Assembly: GCA_023701205.1 (NCBI GenBank)
Contig: JAMPXJ010000012.1
Location: 8,797-72,796 of the forward strand
DNA: 64,000 nucleotides
Direction: 5' to 3'
Source of the DNA: Oligoflexia bacterium
GTDB lineage: Bacteria > Bdellovibrionota > UBA1018
Positions 37,722 to 46,795 of this stretch are shown piece by piece; position 1 is the stretch's first letter; each line of letters begins with the position of its first letter. Below the pieces are notes generated by a model, which was not told the origin of the DNA, searched no databases, and saw only the letters and a program-made list of their open reading frames with translations. The translations under genes and the position numbers were made by a program.

Positions 37722-38450
37722 ATGGCAATGCCGAAGCGGGGGCCAGTGGTGGCGATCGATGGTCCGGCCGGAACCGGCAAGAGCTCCGCAACACGCCGGC
37801 TGGCTGATCTTCTCGGTTTCGTGCACGTGGATACGGGGGCGCTTTACCGGGCCGTCGCGTTGCTCGCGATCGAGGGTCGCGGGGAAGGAGCGCTTGAGCA
37901 GCCGGATCTCGAAGCACGGGCTGCGGAAATCGCGAGGAGCGTGATTCTCCAGTTTCGCCATATGCCGCGCAAGAATCCGCGCAACCGCATCTTCGCCAAC
38001 GGACGGGATATTACCGGGCTGATCCGCACGCCGGAGGTGAGCATGGCTTCGTCGCGGGTTTCGGCCTTTCCGCCGGTTCGGGCCTCGCTCCTGGGCCTGC
38101 AGCGGAGGCTGGGCTGCGAAGGTCGCACGATCCTCGAGGGCCGTGACATCGGCACGGTGGTTTTCCCTGACGCTGACGTGAAGTTTTTCCTCACCGCGAG
38201 CGTGGATGAGCGGGCCAAGCGACGTCTGGCCGAGCTCGAGGCTTCCGGTGCGGACGCCCCGTCCTTTGAGGAGCTTCGGCGTCAGATCATGGAGCGGGAT
38301 CATGGCGATTCGACGCGCGCGGTCGCGCCACTGAAGAAGGCTTCGGATGCGATCGAGATCGAGACGACCCAGCTGACCCTCGACGAGGTGGTGAAGAAAA
38401 TGGAGGAGCACGTGCGCGGGAAGCTGGGCCTTGCGGACCAGGGAAGATGA
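37722..38450 (+). CDS. cmk: cytidylate kinase
   Basis: VVAIDGPAGTGKSS P-loop, FLTASVDERAKRR. GGAGAGGAAGAG RBS before ATG 37722. Confidence 0.9.
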   Translation: MAMPKRGPVVAIDGPAGTGKSSATRRLADLLGFVHVDTGALYRAVALLAIEGRGEGALEQPDLEARAAEIARSVILQFRHMPRKNPRNRIFANGRDITGLIRTPEVSMASSRVSAFPPVRASLLGLQRRLGCEGRTILEGRDIGTVVFPDADVKFFLTASVDERAKRRLAELEASGADAPSFEELRRQIMERDHGDSTRAVAPLKKASDAIEIETTQLTLDEVVKKMEEHVRGKLGLADQGR

Positions 38451-39550
38451 GCAGGGATATCGGCATTCTCATCGTCCGGTGCGACCGGTTGGGCGACCTG
38501 ATCCTCTCGACCCCGGTTTTCGAGGTGGTGAAAAAGCATTATCCTCAGGCCCGGGTGATGGCCATGGTGCGCGAGCCGATGGCCCCGGTCATCCGCGAGT
38601 TGCCTGAGCTCGATGAGGTGCTCATCTACGAGCCTGAGGGGCGCCATGCCGGACTGCGGGGGTTATTCCGGCTCGTGAAGGAATTCCGGCGGCTCCGGCT
38701 CCGTATCGTGATCGTGCTGCAAAGCCAGTGGAAGATCGCGGCTGCGGCATTCCTGGCCCAAGTACGCTACCGGGTGGGTCCCTTCTCCAAGCCGCATTCC
38801 TTCCTGTTTTACAATCGCGGATTGCGCCAGGGGCGCTCACAGGTCGAGATGCATGAGGCGGATTATAATCTGCAGCTCCTTCGTCGGATCGGCATTCGCG
38901 TGGGTTCGCGCAATGCTCTGACGCGGGTCAGTATTCCCAAGGACTCGGCTCAAAGGGCCCGGCAATGGCTTCTGGAAAAAGGCTGGGATCAGCAGGCGCC
39001 TCTTTGCGTGATTCACCCCGGTATGGGGGGCTCGGCGCTGAACTGGCCGGAGACGCATTACGTGCAATTGATCCAGGGACTGCTCAAAGACGGGCGGCAG
39101 GTGCTCGTCACCGGGGGGCGAGCCGAAGGAGAGCTGCTCGGGAGGATTCGGGAAGCTTTGGGGGCGCAGGCCAAGAGCGTGCTCTTTTACGGCGGCCCCG
39201 AGGCGGGAGCCGTCGATTTTCTGGGAGGATTGTACAGCGTCGCTTCGATCGTCGTGGCTCCGAGCACTGGCCCGGTTCATCTCGCGGTCGCGCTCAAGCG
39301 CCCGGTCGTCACCTTCTATCCTCCCATTCGGGTGCAAAGCGCGCTTCGTTGGGGGCCCTATCTCGGGGACGAGTCCCGGGCGAGCGTGCTGGTTCCGGAA
39401 AATTACTGTGGAGAAGACTTCAAATGCCGGGGGGCTTTGTGCAATTATCATCCTTGCATGAAGAGCATCACGGTGGCCCAGGCGCTGGAGCAGGTCTCCT
39501 TTCAATTGGCGCAAAGTAACGGAATCAACGGCTCGCTGCGGACCGACTGA
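38447..39550 (+). CDS. glycosyltransferase family 9 (LPS heptosyltransferase)
   Basis: ATGA overlap with cmk. GT9 pattern LILSTPVFEVVKKHYPQARV...VTGGRAEGE...SIVVAPSTGPVHLAVAL. Confidence 0.8.
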   Translation: MSRDIGILIVRCDRLGDLILSTPVFEVVKKHYPQARVMAMVREPMAPVIRELPELDEVLIYEPEGRHAGLRGLFRLVKEFRRLRLRIVIVLQSQWKIAAAAFLAQVRYRVGPFSKPHSFLFYNRGLRQGRSQVEMHEADYNLQLLRRIGIRVGSRNALTRVSIPKDSAQRARQWLLEKGWDQQAPLCVIHPGMGGSALNWPETHYVQLIQGLLKDGRQVLVTGGRAEGELLGRIREALGAQAKSVLFYGGPEAGAVDFLGGLYSVASIVVAPSTGPVHLAVALKRPVVTFYPPIRVQSALRWGPYLGDESRASVLVPENYCGEDFKCRGALCNYHPCMKSITVAQALEQVSFQLAQSNGINGSLRTD

Positions 39551-39581
39551 ACCGAGGCGATTTACCGGACTGAAGAAAGTT

Positions 39582-40679
39582 ATGGCAAAGTATCGGATCG
39601 AGGCGATTCATCCTTCGCATTGGAATCTCAAGCGTCTTCGGGAGCTTCTTCATCGCAAGCTCTTCGGTCGAATTCTCGTCATCGGCGACGTGGGGCTGGA
39701 TCGCTACACGATCGGAGCGGTGGAACGTATTTCGCCGGAGGCACCGGTACCGATCGTTCACGTTCGCGAAGAGAAGCTCAAGCTCGGGCTTGCGGCCAAC
39801 GTTGCCGACAACATCCAGACCCTGGGCGGGGAGCCCTGGCTCGTAGGGCTGGTGGGCAAGGACGCCGCGGCAAGGGATTTCCGTAAAATGCTCCGATCCA
39901 CGCGCATCGGGCACGGCCACCTCGTGGAGGACGCATCCCGCCGTACGGTGCTCAAGGAGCGGGTCGTGAGCGAGCGGCAGCAGCTTCTGCGGGTGGACTA
40001 CGAAGATACTCATCCGATCAGCCGAGAGATGGAGGAAGCCGTCCTGGCCAAGGTCGAAGAGCTCGCCAAGCGCGCCGACGCGGTCATAGTCGAGGATTAC
40101 GCAAAGGGCTTGATTAACCAGCGTGTCGCGCGCCAGATCTTCGCGGCGGCGAAGCGCAATGGAAAGATCGTCACGGTGGATCCTAACCTCAGGACGCCGG
40201 TCGAAGTTTACCGGGGCGCCTCCGTGCTGACCCCCAATACAAATGAGGCTGAGCGCCTCTCGGGCGTGCAGATCCGCGGCGAGGCCTCGCTGATCCAGGC
40301 GGGCTCATCCATTTTGCGCGCGGCTAATGCGCGTCACGTGGTGATCACGCGCGGAAAGGACGGAATGGCGATATTTTCGGCAGGTCGCGCGGACGTCCGG
40401 CTGATTCCGACCTACGCAAAAGAGGTTTACGACGTCTCGGGCGCCGGTGACACGGTGATCTCGGTGCTGACGCTGGCGCTGGCGGGCGGAGCGACGATCG
40501 AAGAGGCCGCGGTACTGGGTAACCTGGCTGCGGGTGTCGAAGTCGGTAAGCGAGGCACCGCGACGGTGACGCCGCTTGAGATCGAAAGTGCGCTCGAGTT
40601 CCTGGTTACGGGCTCCGCCGCCCGCGCCGCTCCCGGCTCGGTGCTTGCCGGAGCCTCAGGCGCCCCCGTGGCTGAGTAG
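39582..40679 (+). CDS. D-glycero-beta-D-manno-heptose-7-phosphate kinase (HldE kinase-domain/HldA-like, PfkB family)
   Basis: ILVIGDVGLDRY and DVSGAGDTVISVL carbohydrate-kinase motifs. Confidence 0.75.
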   Translation: MAKYRIEAIHPSHWNLKRLRELLHRKLFGRILVIGDVGLDRYTIGAVERISPEAPVPIVHVREEKLKLGLAANVADNIQTLGGEPWLVGLVGKDAAARDFRKMLRSTRIGHGHLVEDASRRTVLKERVVSERQQLLRVDYEDTHPISREMEEAVLAKVEELAKRADAVIVEDYAKGLINQRVARQIFAAAKRNGKIVTVDPNLRTPVEVYRGASVLTPNTNEAERLSGVQIRGEASLIQAGSSILRAANARHVVITRGKDGMAIFSAGRADVRLIPTYAKEVYDVSGAGDTVISVLTLALAGGATIEEAAVLGNLAAGVEVGKRGTATVTPLEIESALEFLVTGSAARAAPGSVLAGASGAPVAE

Positions 40680-40961
40680 GTCCCAGTCCTCGACCATCAC
40701 GCGGGCGAATGCCGACTGGTCGATCGTTTCGCAGATTTTCTCGATCAGGCTTCGCGCGCTGGCAGTCTTCCAGTTTTCCGGAATGACGACCGCGAAGCCG
40801 ATCACGCAGCGTTCCGGGTCGTCGAAGTCGGCGACTTCGAGCGCGGAGATATTGAATTTCTTGCGTAGCCCCGCGCAGAGCTCCTCGAGCTGCCGGCGCT
40901 TCAAAGGCACGTCATCGTTATTGTAGAAATCCAGGACGATTCGTCCCGCGCCGATCAACAT
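40656..40961 (-). CDS. DUF503 family protein
   Basis: 101 aa, MLIGAGRIVLDFYNNDDVPLKRR... typical DUF503 start. 24-nt convergent overlap with previous gene. Confidence 0.55.
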   Translation of the reverse strand: MLIGAGRIVLDFYNNDDVPLKRRQLEELCAGLRKKFNISALEVADFDDPERCVIGFAVVIPENWKTASARSLIEKICETIDQSAFARVMVEDWDLLSHGGA

Positions 40962-41037
40962 TTGACGGATCCAGGGCTAGGGCGGCCACCCCGTTCACCC
41001 TTCGGTTCCGGAGTAGCCGCGGCCTGATGGAGTTCGA

Positions 41038-41973
41038 TCAGACGATCGGCGTCAGCCAATCGCGGCCGTATTCCGGCAGCTCGCCACGCACCATCGCGCT
41101 GTAGTCTTTCTTGAGCTTGGCCGTGATCGGACCGGGTTTTCCGACGTGGTCACCCCTTCCGATCGGGCGGTAGTCGATCTCGCGGATCGGAGTGATCTCG
41201 GCGGCCGTGCCGGTGAGGAATACTTCGTCGGCGCACCAGATCTCGTCGCGGGTGAAGCGGGTGTCTTTCACTTCGTAGCCCAGGTGCTTGAAGTAATCGA
41301 GCACCGTTTGGCGGGTGATCCCCGAGAGGATCGAAGTGAGCGGCGTGGTCTTGATCACCCCGTTCCTGATCATGAAGAGGTTTTCGCCGCTGCCCTCGGT
41401 CAGATAACCCTCGGGATCGAGCAAAAGGGCCTCGTCAAAGCCGGCAGCGATCGCTTCGCGCTTGGCGAGGACGCTGTTGACGTATTGACCCGTGATCTTG
41501 CCTTTGGTCATCGAGGAGTTGACGTGCGGACGGATGAAGCTCGAGATCTTGAGCTTGGCGCCGAGGCTCGCGCCTTCGTCGCCGAGATAGGAGCCCCACT
41601 CCCAGTTGAGGATCGCGACATCCACGGGAGGCGTCGTTCCGGGATTCACGCCCAGCGGCCCATCGGCCACATAAAGAATCGGGCGAATATAGCACTCTTC
41701 GAAGCCATTCGCCTTGCAGGTCTCGACCGTGGCTTGAACGAGGTCATTCAGCGAGTAGGGGATCTTGAGATCCAGGATCTTGGCGCTCTCCAGGAAACGC
41801 TCCATGTGCTCCTTGAGCCGGAAAACCGCCCCGCCGCCTTTCTTCTGCTTATACGCGCGGATGCCTTCGAAGGCGCCATAGCCGTAGTGCAGGCCATGGG
41901 TGAAGAGGCTGATCTTCGCGTTTTCCGCAGGGAGGATTTTTCCGTTGAACCAAACTTGAGTGCCACGAGCCAT
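41038..41973 (-). CDS. ilvE: branched-chain amino acid aminotransferase
   Basis: YGAFEGIRAY, class IV aminotransferase fold, 311 aa. Confidence 0.9.
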   Translation of the reverse strand: MARGTQVWFNGKILPAENAKISLFTHGLHYGYGAFEGIRAYKQKKGGGAVFRLKEHMERFLESAKILDLKIPYSLNDLVQATVETCKANGFEECYIRPILYVADGPLGVNPGTTPPVDVAILNWEWGSYLGDEGASLGAKLKISSFIRPHVNSSMTKGKITGQYVNSVLAKREAIAAGFDEALLLDPEGYLTEGSGENLFMIRNGVIKTTPLTSILSGITRQTVLDYFKHLGYEVKDTRFTRDEIWCADEVFLTGTAAEITPIREIDYRPIGRGDHVGKPGPITAKLKKDYSAMVRGELPEYGRDWLTPIV

Positions 41974-41984
41974 AGTGATTTACC

Positions 41985-42866
41985 TCATTTCGAAAAGGAA
42001 GAATTGGGAGTGGTCGGCATCGGTGCTTCCATCGAGTTGGGCGGGAGAAGACGCCGGGAAGCCATCAGCTTGATGATCTCCGACGCGGTTTCCTCGAGCG
42101 CCTTGCCTGTAACATTGAACACCGGCCATCTCCGGTTGCGTCTGAAAACGATATTCGCGTACTCGATTTCCTCGTTTACCTTATCGGGGTCCGCATACTC
42201 GCCCCCTTTGTCCTGACCCAGGCGCTCCAGGCGCGCGCGGCGGATGGTCGCAAGATTGTCCGGATCGATCGTCAGCCCGATCACGCGGCGCTGATCGATT
42301 TCGAACACCTCTTTGGGAACCTCGAAACCCTTGATCAGGGGGATATTCGCAACCCGCCAGGCCTGATGCGAAAGGTACATCGAAAGCGGGGTCTTCGAGG
42401 TTCGGGAGATCCCCAGAATCACGAGATCGGCCTTTTCGAGCCCGACGAGATTGCGGCCATCATCGTGCGCGATGGTATATTCCATGGCTTCGATGCGGCG
42501 GAAATACTCCTCGTTCACGTCATGAAGGAGGCCGGGAATCATCTTCGCTTCATAGCCGAAGTAGGCTGCCAGGCCGGCGAGAGCCGGACCCAGGAGATCG
42601 ACGCAAGGGATGGATTTTTCCCGCGCTTTGGTGATGAGAAAGGCCCGCAGAGCCGGGGAAACCAGAGTGTAGATGAGCAGGTCTTTGTTGACGGCCGCGT
42701 CCTCGCAGATCGCCTCGATCTGAGCTTCGTTCCGGACGTTCTTGTAACGCGTGAAAAAAACGTCATGGTTGCTGAACTGCACCATGGCGGCCTTGGTCAT
42801 CTGCGCGGCGGTCTCGCCGGTACCGTCGGAGACGATGATGATTCGACGATCGGTATTCTTTGACAT
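41985..42866 (-). CDS. PEP synthetase / pyruvate phosphate dikinase regulatory protein (bifunctional kinase-pyrophosphorylase, DUF299)
   Basis: IIIVSDGTGETA and P-loop ILGISRTSKTP. ATG at 42866 preferred over upstream TTG. Confidence 0.8.
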   Translation of the reverse strand: MSKNTDRRIIIVSDGTGETAAQMTKAAMVQFSNHDVFFTRYKNVRNEAQIEAICEDAAVNKDLLIYTLVSPALRAFLITKAREKSIPCVDLLGPALAGLAAYFGYEAKMIPGLLHDVNEEYFRRIEAMEYTIAHDDGRNLVGLEKADLVILGISRTSKTPLSMYLSHQAWRVANIPLIKGFEVPKEVFEIDQRRVIGLTIDPDNLATIRRARLERLGQDKGGEYADPDKVNEEIEYANIVFRRNRRWPVFNVTGKALEETASEIIKLMASRRLLPPNSMEAPMPTTPNSSFSK

Positions 42867-42920
42867 AGTTGGCAATCGTTCAACGGCCTGGTTAACGGCT
42901 TGATGGGCCGTTGACCCGCG

Positions 42921-43859
42921 TTAACACGAGGTTTCATTCGGGTTTACTTCGTTCCAGGGCCGTTTGCCACCTAAAATACTCAGAACACCGCTAATGACGA
43001 GACGAGCCATGGCTTCCCGGGCTTCGGCCGTGGCGCTCCCCAGATGGGGTGACAGGACGACGTTCGGAAGGCGCCGCAAAGCGAGCGGGATCTCGGGCTC
43101 TTTCTCGAAAACATCCAGACCTGCCGCAAAGATCTTCCTTTCCTTCAAAACGCGGACGAGTGCACTTTCGTCGACGACCGGGCCTCGAGTGGTATTCAGC
43201 ACGATGGCTTCAGGGGGAAGGAGCGCCAGGCGGCTTTCGTCGAGCCAACCGAGAGTTTCGGAAGTGAGCGGGATGTGAAGGGAAAGCACCTGAGCTCTTT
43301 TCAGTTTTTTTTGGACCATCCCGGGGGTGTCCTTTCGCGTGATCCATTCGACCTTGAGCCCAAGCGCTCGGAAAAGCCGGCCGGTTTCCCGGCCGATCCG
43401 GCCCTTTCCCACCAGGACAGCCCGTCGCCCCTGAAGCTCCTGGCCCAGAAGCAGGTCAGGTTGCCACCCCCTGAATCGGCCGCTGCGGCAAAGGGCTTCG
43501 CCTTCGGGGAAGCGGCGGGCGGCCGCGAAAAGCAGCGCGACGGTGAGCTCTGCCGTAGCGCGCGTGAGCACATCCGGCGTATTCGCGACGCGCACGCCCC
43601 GACGGGCGCAGGCTCGGAGGTCGATATTGTCCACTCCGACGCCGTAGTTTCCGACCGCGCGGAGCTTGGGGGCGAGATCGAGGAGCTTCTCGTCGACCCG
43701 ATCGAAAACGCGGGTGATCAGCGCGTCCGCGTCCCGCAGCGAGCGCAGCAGCTCGGCCCGCGTGCGGGCGATCGTCACGCGCGCATGGGGGCTCAGCTCT
43801 TCGCTGATGGCGCGGGCATGAATGGGATAGGTGAGGACGATCCGGGGAGGGCGACGCAT
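42921..43859 (-). CDS. D-isomer-specific 2-hydroxyacid dehydrogenase (glyoxylate/hydroxypyruvate reductase-like)
   Basis: NAD-binding LVGKGRIGRETGRLFRALGLKV and catalytic region. Confidence 0.8.
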   Translation of the reverse strand: MRRPPRIVLTYPIHARAISEELSPHARVTIARTRAELLRSLRDADALITRVFDRVDEKLLDLAPKLRAVGNYGVGVDNIDLRACARRGVRVANTPDVLTRATAELTVALLFAAARRFPEGEALCRSGRFRGWQPDLLLGQELQGRRAVLVGKGRIGRETGRLFRALGLKVEWITRKDTPGMVQKKLKRAQVLSLHIPLTSETLGWLDESRLALLPPEAIVLNTTRGPVVDESALVRVLKERKIFAAGLDVFEKEPEIPLALRRLPNVVLSPHLGSATAEAREAMARLVISGVLSILGGKRPWNEVNPNETSC

Positions 43860-43920
43860 CTCTTTTCCATACTCGGGGGCTAGCTTGCATTCAAGCGAGT
43901 GATCTCCTTAAAATCAGCAG

Positions 43921-44934
43921 ATGAATGCATTTCGTGCAAATCTGCTCGCGCAACTGGGATTTGTTCTCCTTTCCTGGGGCTGTCCCCCGAGCTGGGGCGC
44001 GGAGGTCGATAATTTCACGGATCGTGATCGCAGGATCAGGGATTCGGCCGGGATTCTGGATGACTACACCAACCGGCAGCTCGCGAAAGCCGCCGCTGAG
44101 GCGAATGCCAAAGGAGGCTGCGCCGCCGGCGGGCTGCATGCCGCGATCCATCGGCTTCTCGGGGAGATCCCTTTCGGCGACGTCGAGAAATTCGCCGAGA
44201 GCAGCGACCAGGTCGAACGGATCACGGTTCCCGTCGGAAAGAGCCTTTACCGTGATGCCGGGCTGATTTCCTCGATGACTCTGCGGTTCGGCGGGGGTAT
44301 GGCCTCGTCGATTCGGGTGAGCGGACAGCTGATCGGCACCGACAAGCTCGGACATTTCTTCAGCGAGGGTTACGACTACTTCGTTCGGGGCCGGGAGCGC
44401 GTGAAGGATGCGTTGGATCTTTACGGGCGACTGCAGGAGCGCTCGGGAATGGGGCTCGGTTTCACGGGAGTGAACTCTTATGCCGATCTCGCGGCGAACT
44501 TCGCGGGCCTGCGCTTTTATCGGAATCTCGTTTCGGGCGAGACGCCTTACTTCCGCTGCGAAGGAGGGAGGTACGTCCCTGCCCGGGACTTTCGCTGGCG
44601 CGACTTCGTGACCGAAGCCTGGGACGAGGGCCTGAACTGCTCGACCTACACCTCAGAGATGGAAGAGTCCGTCCGCGAGTTTTTTCAGGAACGCAAAACC
44701 GGCTGTCCGGTGGATGATGGCGCCGCGTGCCGGAGGATGGCCGCGATGCCCTGTTCCTACCATTTCGTGAATCCCGAATGCCGCAAGAGCGTTCCGTCCC
44801 GCAGTCAGGGCTGTGTGGGATGGCAGGCGCTCCCGGTCAAGGAGACGGACTGCGCAAGCAGCGGTCAGTCCGGGAGCTTCGATTCCCTGCGGCAGCAGGT
44901 CAGGACCTTGAACGCCCCTGTCCGGGCGCGCTGA
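43921..44934 (+). CDS. secreted cysteine-rich hypothetical protein (337 aa)
   Basis: Signal peptide ending SWGCPPSWGAEV. At least 10 Cys. No known motif. Confidence 0.55.
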   Translation: MNAFRANLLAQLGFVLLSWGCPPSWGAEVDNFTDRDRRIRDSAGILDDYTNRQLAKAAAEANAKGGCAAGGLHAAIHRLLGEIPFGDVEKFAESSDQVERITVPVGKSLYRDAGLISSMTLRFGGGMASSIRVSGQLIGTDKLGHFFSEGYDYFVRGRERVKDALDLYGRLQERSGMGLGFTGVNSYADLAANFAGLRFYRNLVSGETPYFRCEGGRYVPARDFRWRDFVTEAWDEGLNCSTYTSEMEESVREFFQERKTGCPVDDGAACRRMAAMPCSYHFVNPECRKSVPSRSQGCVGWQALPVKETDCASSGQSGSFDSLRQQVRTLNAPVRAR

Positions 44935-46270
44935 CGGGGCGTCCGGGCATGCGCGAAGGAGAAGGTGGGGAGCCCTCGGCGAAGGTTTCCGGATAAAAAA
45001 GGGCGAGAAAGCGGCCCGCCACCTCTTCGGCGCGCATTCCGGTAAGCGCTTTCTTCCACTCCCCATCGAGGAGCTGGGCCGCGCGCGCGTGACCTTGGGG
45101 CGCCAAAAAGCCTGGGAGAAGGCGCCGGACCTTTTTTTCACCGATTTCGCGGCGGGTGGGGATCCCGCCTTCTTTCATCCTTGAGCCCGTGACGCGCTCC
45201 ACGCGGCGGACGAGGCCTCGCTGCGTGGGCGTGACCAGGCTCATGGCGATGCCGGATTTGCCGCTTCGGGCGGTACGGCCGATGCGATGGACATAGTTGT
45301 CCAGCTCGCGGGGAATCGAATAATTGATGACATGGGTGATGTCCTTCACGTCCAGGCCCCGCGAGGCCACGTCGGTGCAGACGAGGAGGCGGACCTTGCG
45401 CTCCCGGAAGAGCTTCATCACCCGCTCGCGCGCCGCCTGGTCCATATCGCCGTGCAGGCAATCGGCGAGATAGCCCCGACCTTTGAGATACTGCGTGAGA
45501 TCCACGACCAGCGACTTGGTTTGGCAGAAAACCAGGCCGTAAAGATCTTCGGCAGCGTCGATGAGCTTGCAGAGAACCTCGGGTTTGTTCGCCTCTGAAG
45601 TGGTATAGAAAAGCTGCTCGATCGCGCTCGGCAGCATTTCGGCGCGATTGACCTGCACCTGTTTGGGGGCGCGCAGGTATTTGTCGGCCACCCTGCGGAC
45701 TTCAGGACTCATCGTCGCGGAAAAGAGCCAGGCGTTGGCCTGATCCTCGGGCATGGCGCCGAGGATTTTCTCAAGGTCGTCCTGGAAGCCCATGGAGATC
45801 ATCTCATCGGCCTCGTCCAGGACGACGACTCGCAGGCCGTTCAGGCGCAGGCGTCCACGTTCGAGATGATCGACGAGCCGGCCGGGAGTTCCGATCACGA
45901 CGTGCGCTCCGCGTTTGAGGCCATGAATCTGATCTCCGTAACCGGCGCCCCCGTAAACAGCGAGCGCGCGCACTTTCTTGTGCTTCCCCAGGAGGCTCAC
46001 CTGCTCCGCCACCTGCATGGCGAGTTCTCGGGTTGGGCAGAGAATCAGGGCTTGAACCTCGCGGGAGTCGGTGTCAATTCGCTCGATCAGCGGGATCGCG
46101 AAGGCGGCGGTCTTACCCGTTCCCGTCGCTGCCAGGCCGAGAAAATCGGTATTCTCCTCGAGCAGGAGGGGAAGGGCCTGGGCTTGAATCGGGGTCGGCT
46201 TTTCGAAGCCGAGCTCGGTGATCGCGCGCTGAAGTTCGGGGCTGAGGTTCAGGTCTTGGAAGTGATGCAT
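44900..46270 (-). CDS. DEAD-box ATP-dependent RNA helicase
   Basis: Q-motif, AATGTGKTAAF, DEADEM, SAT, HRIGRTAR. Confidence 0.9.
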   Translation of the reverse strand: MHHFQDLNLSPELQRAITELGFEKPTPIQAQALPLLLEENTDFLGLAATGTGKTAAFAIPLIERIDTDSREVQALILCPTRELAMQVAEQVSLLGKHKKVRALAVYGGAGYGDQIHGLKRGAHVVIGTPGRLVDHLERGRLRLNGLRVVVLDEADEMISMGFQDDLEKILGAMPEDQANAWLFSATMSPEVRRVADKYLRAPKQVQVNRAEMLPSAIEQLFYTTSEANKPEVLCKLIDAAEDLYGLVFCQTKSLVVDLTQYLKGRGYLADCLHGDMDQAARERVMKLFRERKVRLLVCTDVASRGLDVKDITHVINYSIPRELDNYVHRIGRTARSGKSGIAMSLVTPTQRGLVRRVERVTGSRMKEGGIPTRREIGEKKVRRLLPGFLAPQGHARAAQLLDGEWKKALTGMRAEEVAGRFLALFYPETFAEGSPPSPSRMPGRPVSAPGQGRSRS

Positions 46271-46440
46271 TTGACCGGGTGTATCATGGATTTACTTCTA
46301 ATGTTGACTCAATCGATATATTTTTTTGGAAAGCGGGTCGGTCCATTCAAGCAATCTGAATTTAAGGGTATTTCTTAAAAACAGCTCGAATCGGGGAATG
46401 GGGCTTGCTTGAATCGAAAGGGGGGAAGGAGAGTATTCCA
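46271..46440. promoter_or_regulatory. AT-rich divergent intergenic promoter region
   Basis: TTGACTCAATCGATATATTTTTTTGGAAAG etc. Strong GGAAGGAGAG RBS before ATG 46441. Confidence 0.4.
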
Positions 46441-46737
46441 ATGCCTGAGAAAACAACCGTGCAAAGAGCGCGCAGGTTGAAGAGAGAGGGAAAGCGGCCA
46501 ACGACCCAGGCGGGAGCGTTCGTGCGCGAAGAGATGCATCACGTCAGGGAGGGCAGGCATGGAGCTTCTTCGCGAAAACAGGCCATCGCGATCGGACTGT
46601 CCAAGGCGCGCAAGTCCGGAGTGAAGATTCCGCCTCGCGGGCGCGCTCGGAGTCATTCCGCTTCGGTGCGTGGCGGAGTCCGGCGGGGCAAAACCGTCCG
46701 GACGGCTCAAAGGACCCGGAGGTCGGCAAAAGCCTGA
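46441..46737 (+). CDS. small highly basic conserved hypothetical protein (98 aa)
   Basis: MPEKTTVQRARRLKREGKRPTTQAGAFVREEMHHVREGRHGASSRKQAIAIGLSKARKSG. Lys/Arg-rich; good RBS. Confidence 0.6.
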   Translation: MPEKTTVQRARRLKREGKRPTTQAGAFVREEMHHVREGRHGASSRKQAIAIGLSKARKSGVKIPPRGRARSHSASVRGGVRRGKTVRTAQRTRRSAKA

Positions 46738-46795
46738 GCCTCGACCCGGGATGAGGAAATGCCCGGCCCCGCGCGAATGTGGTAAAATTCCATTC

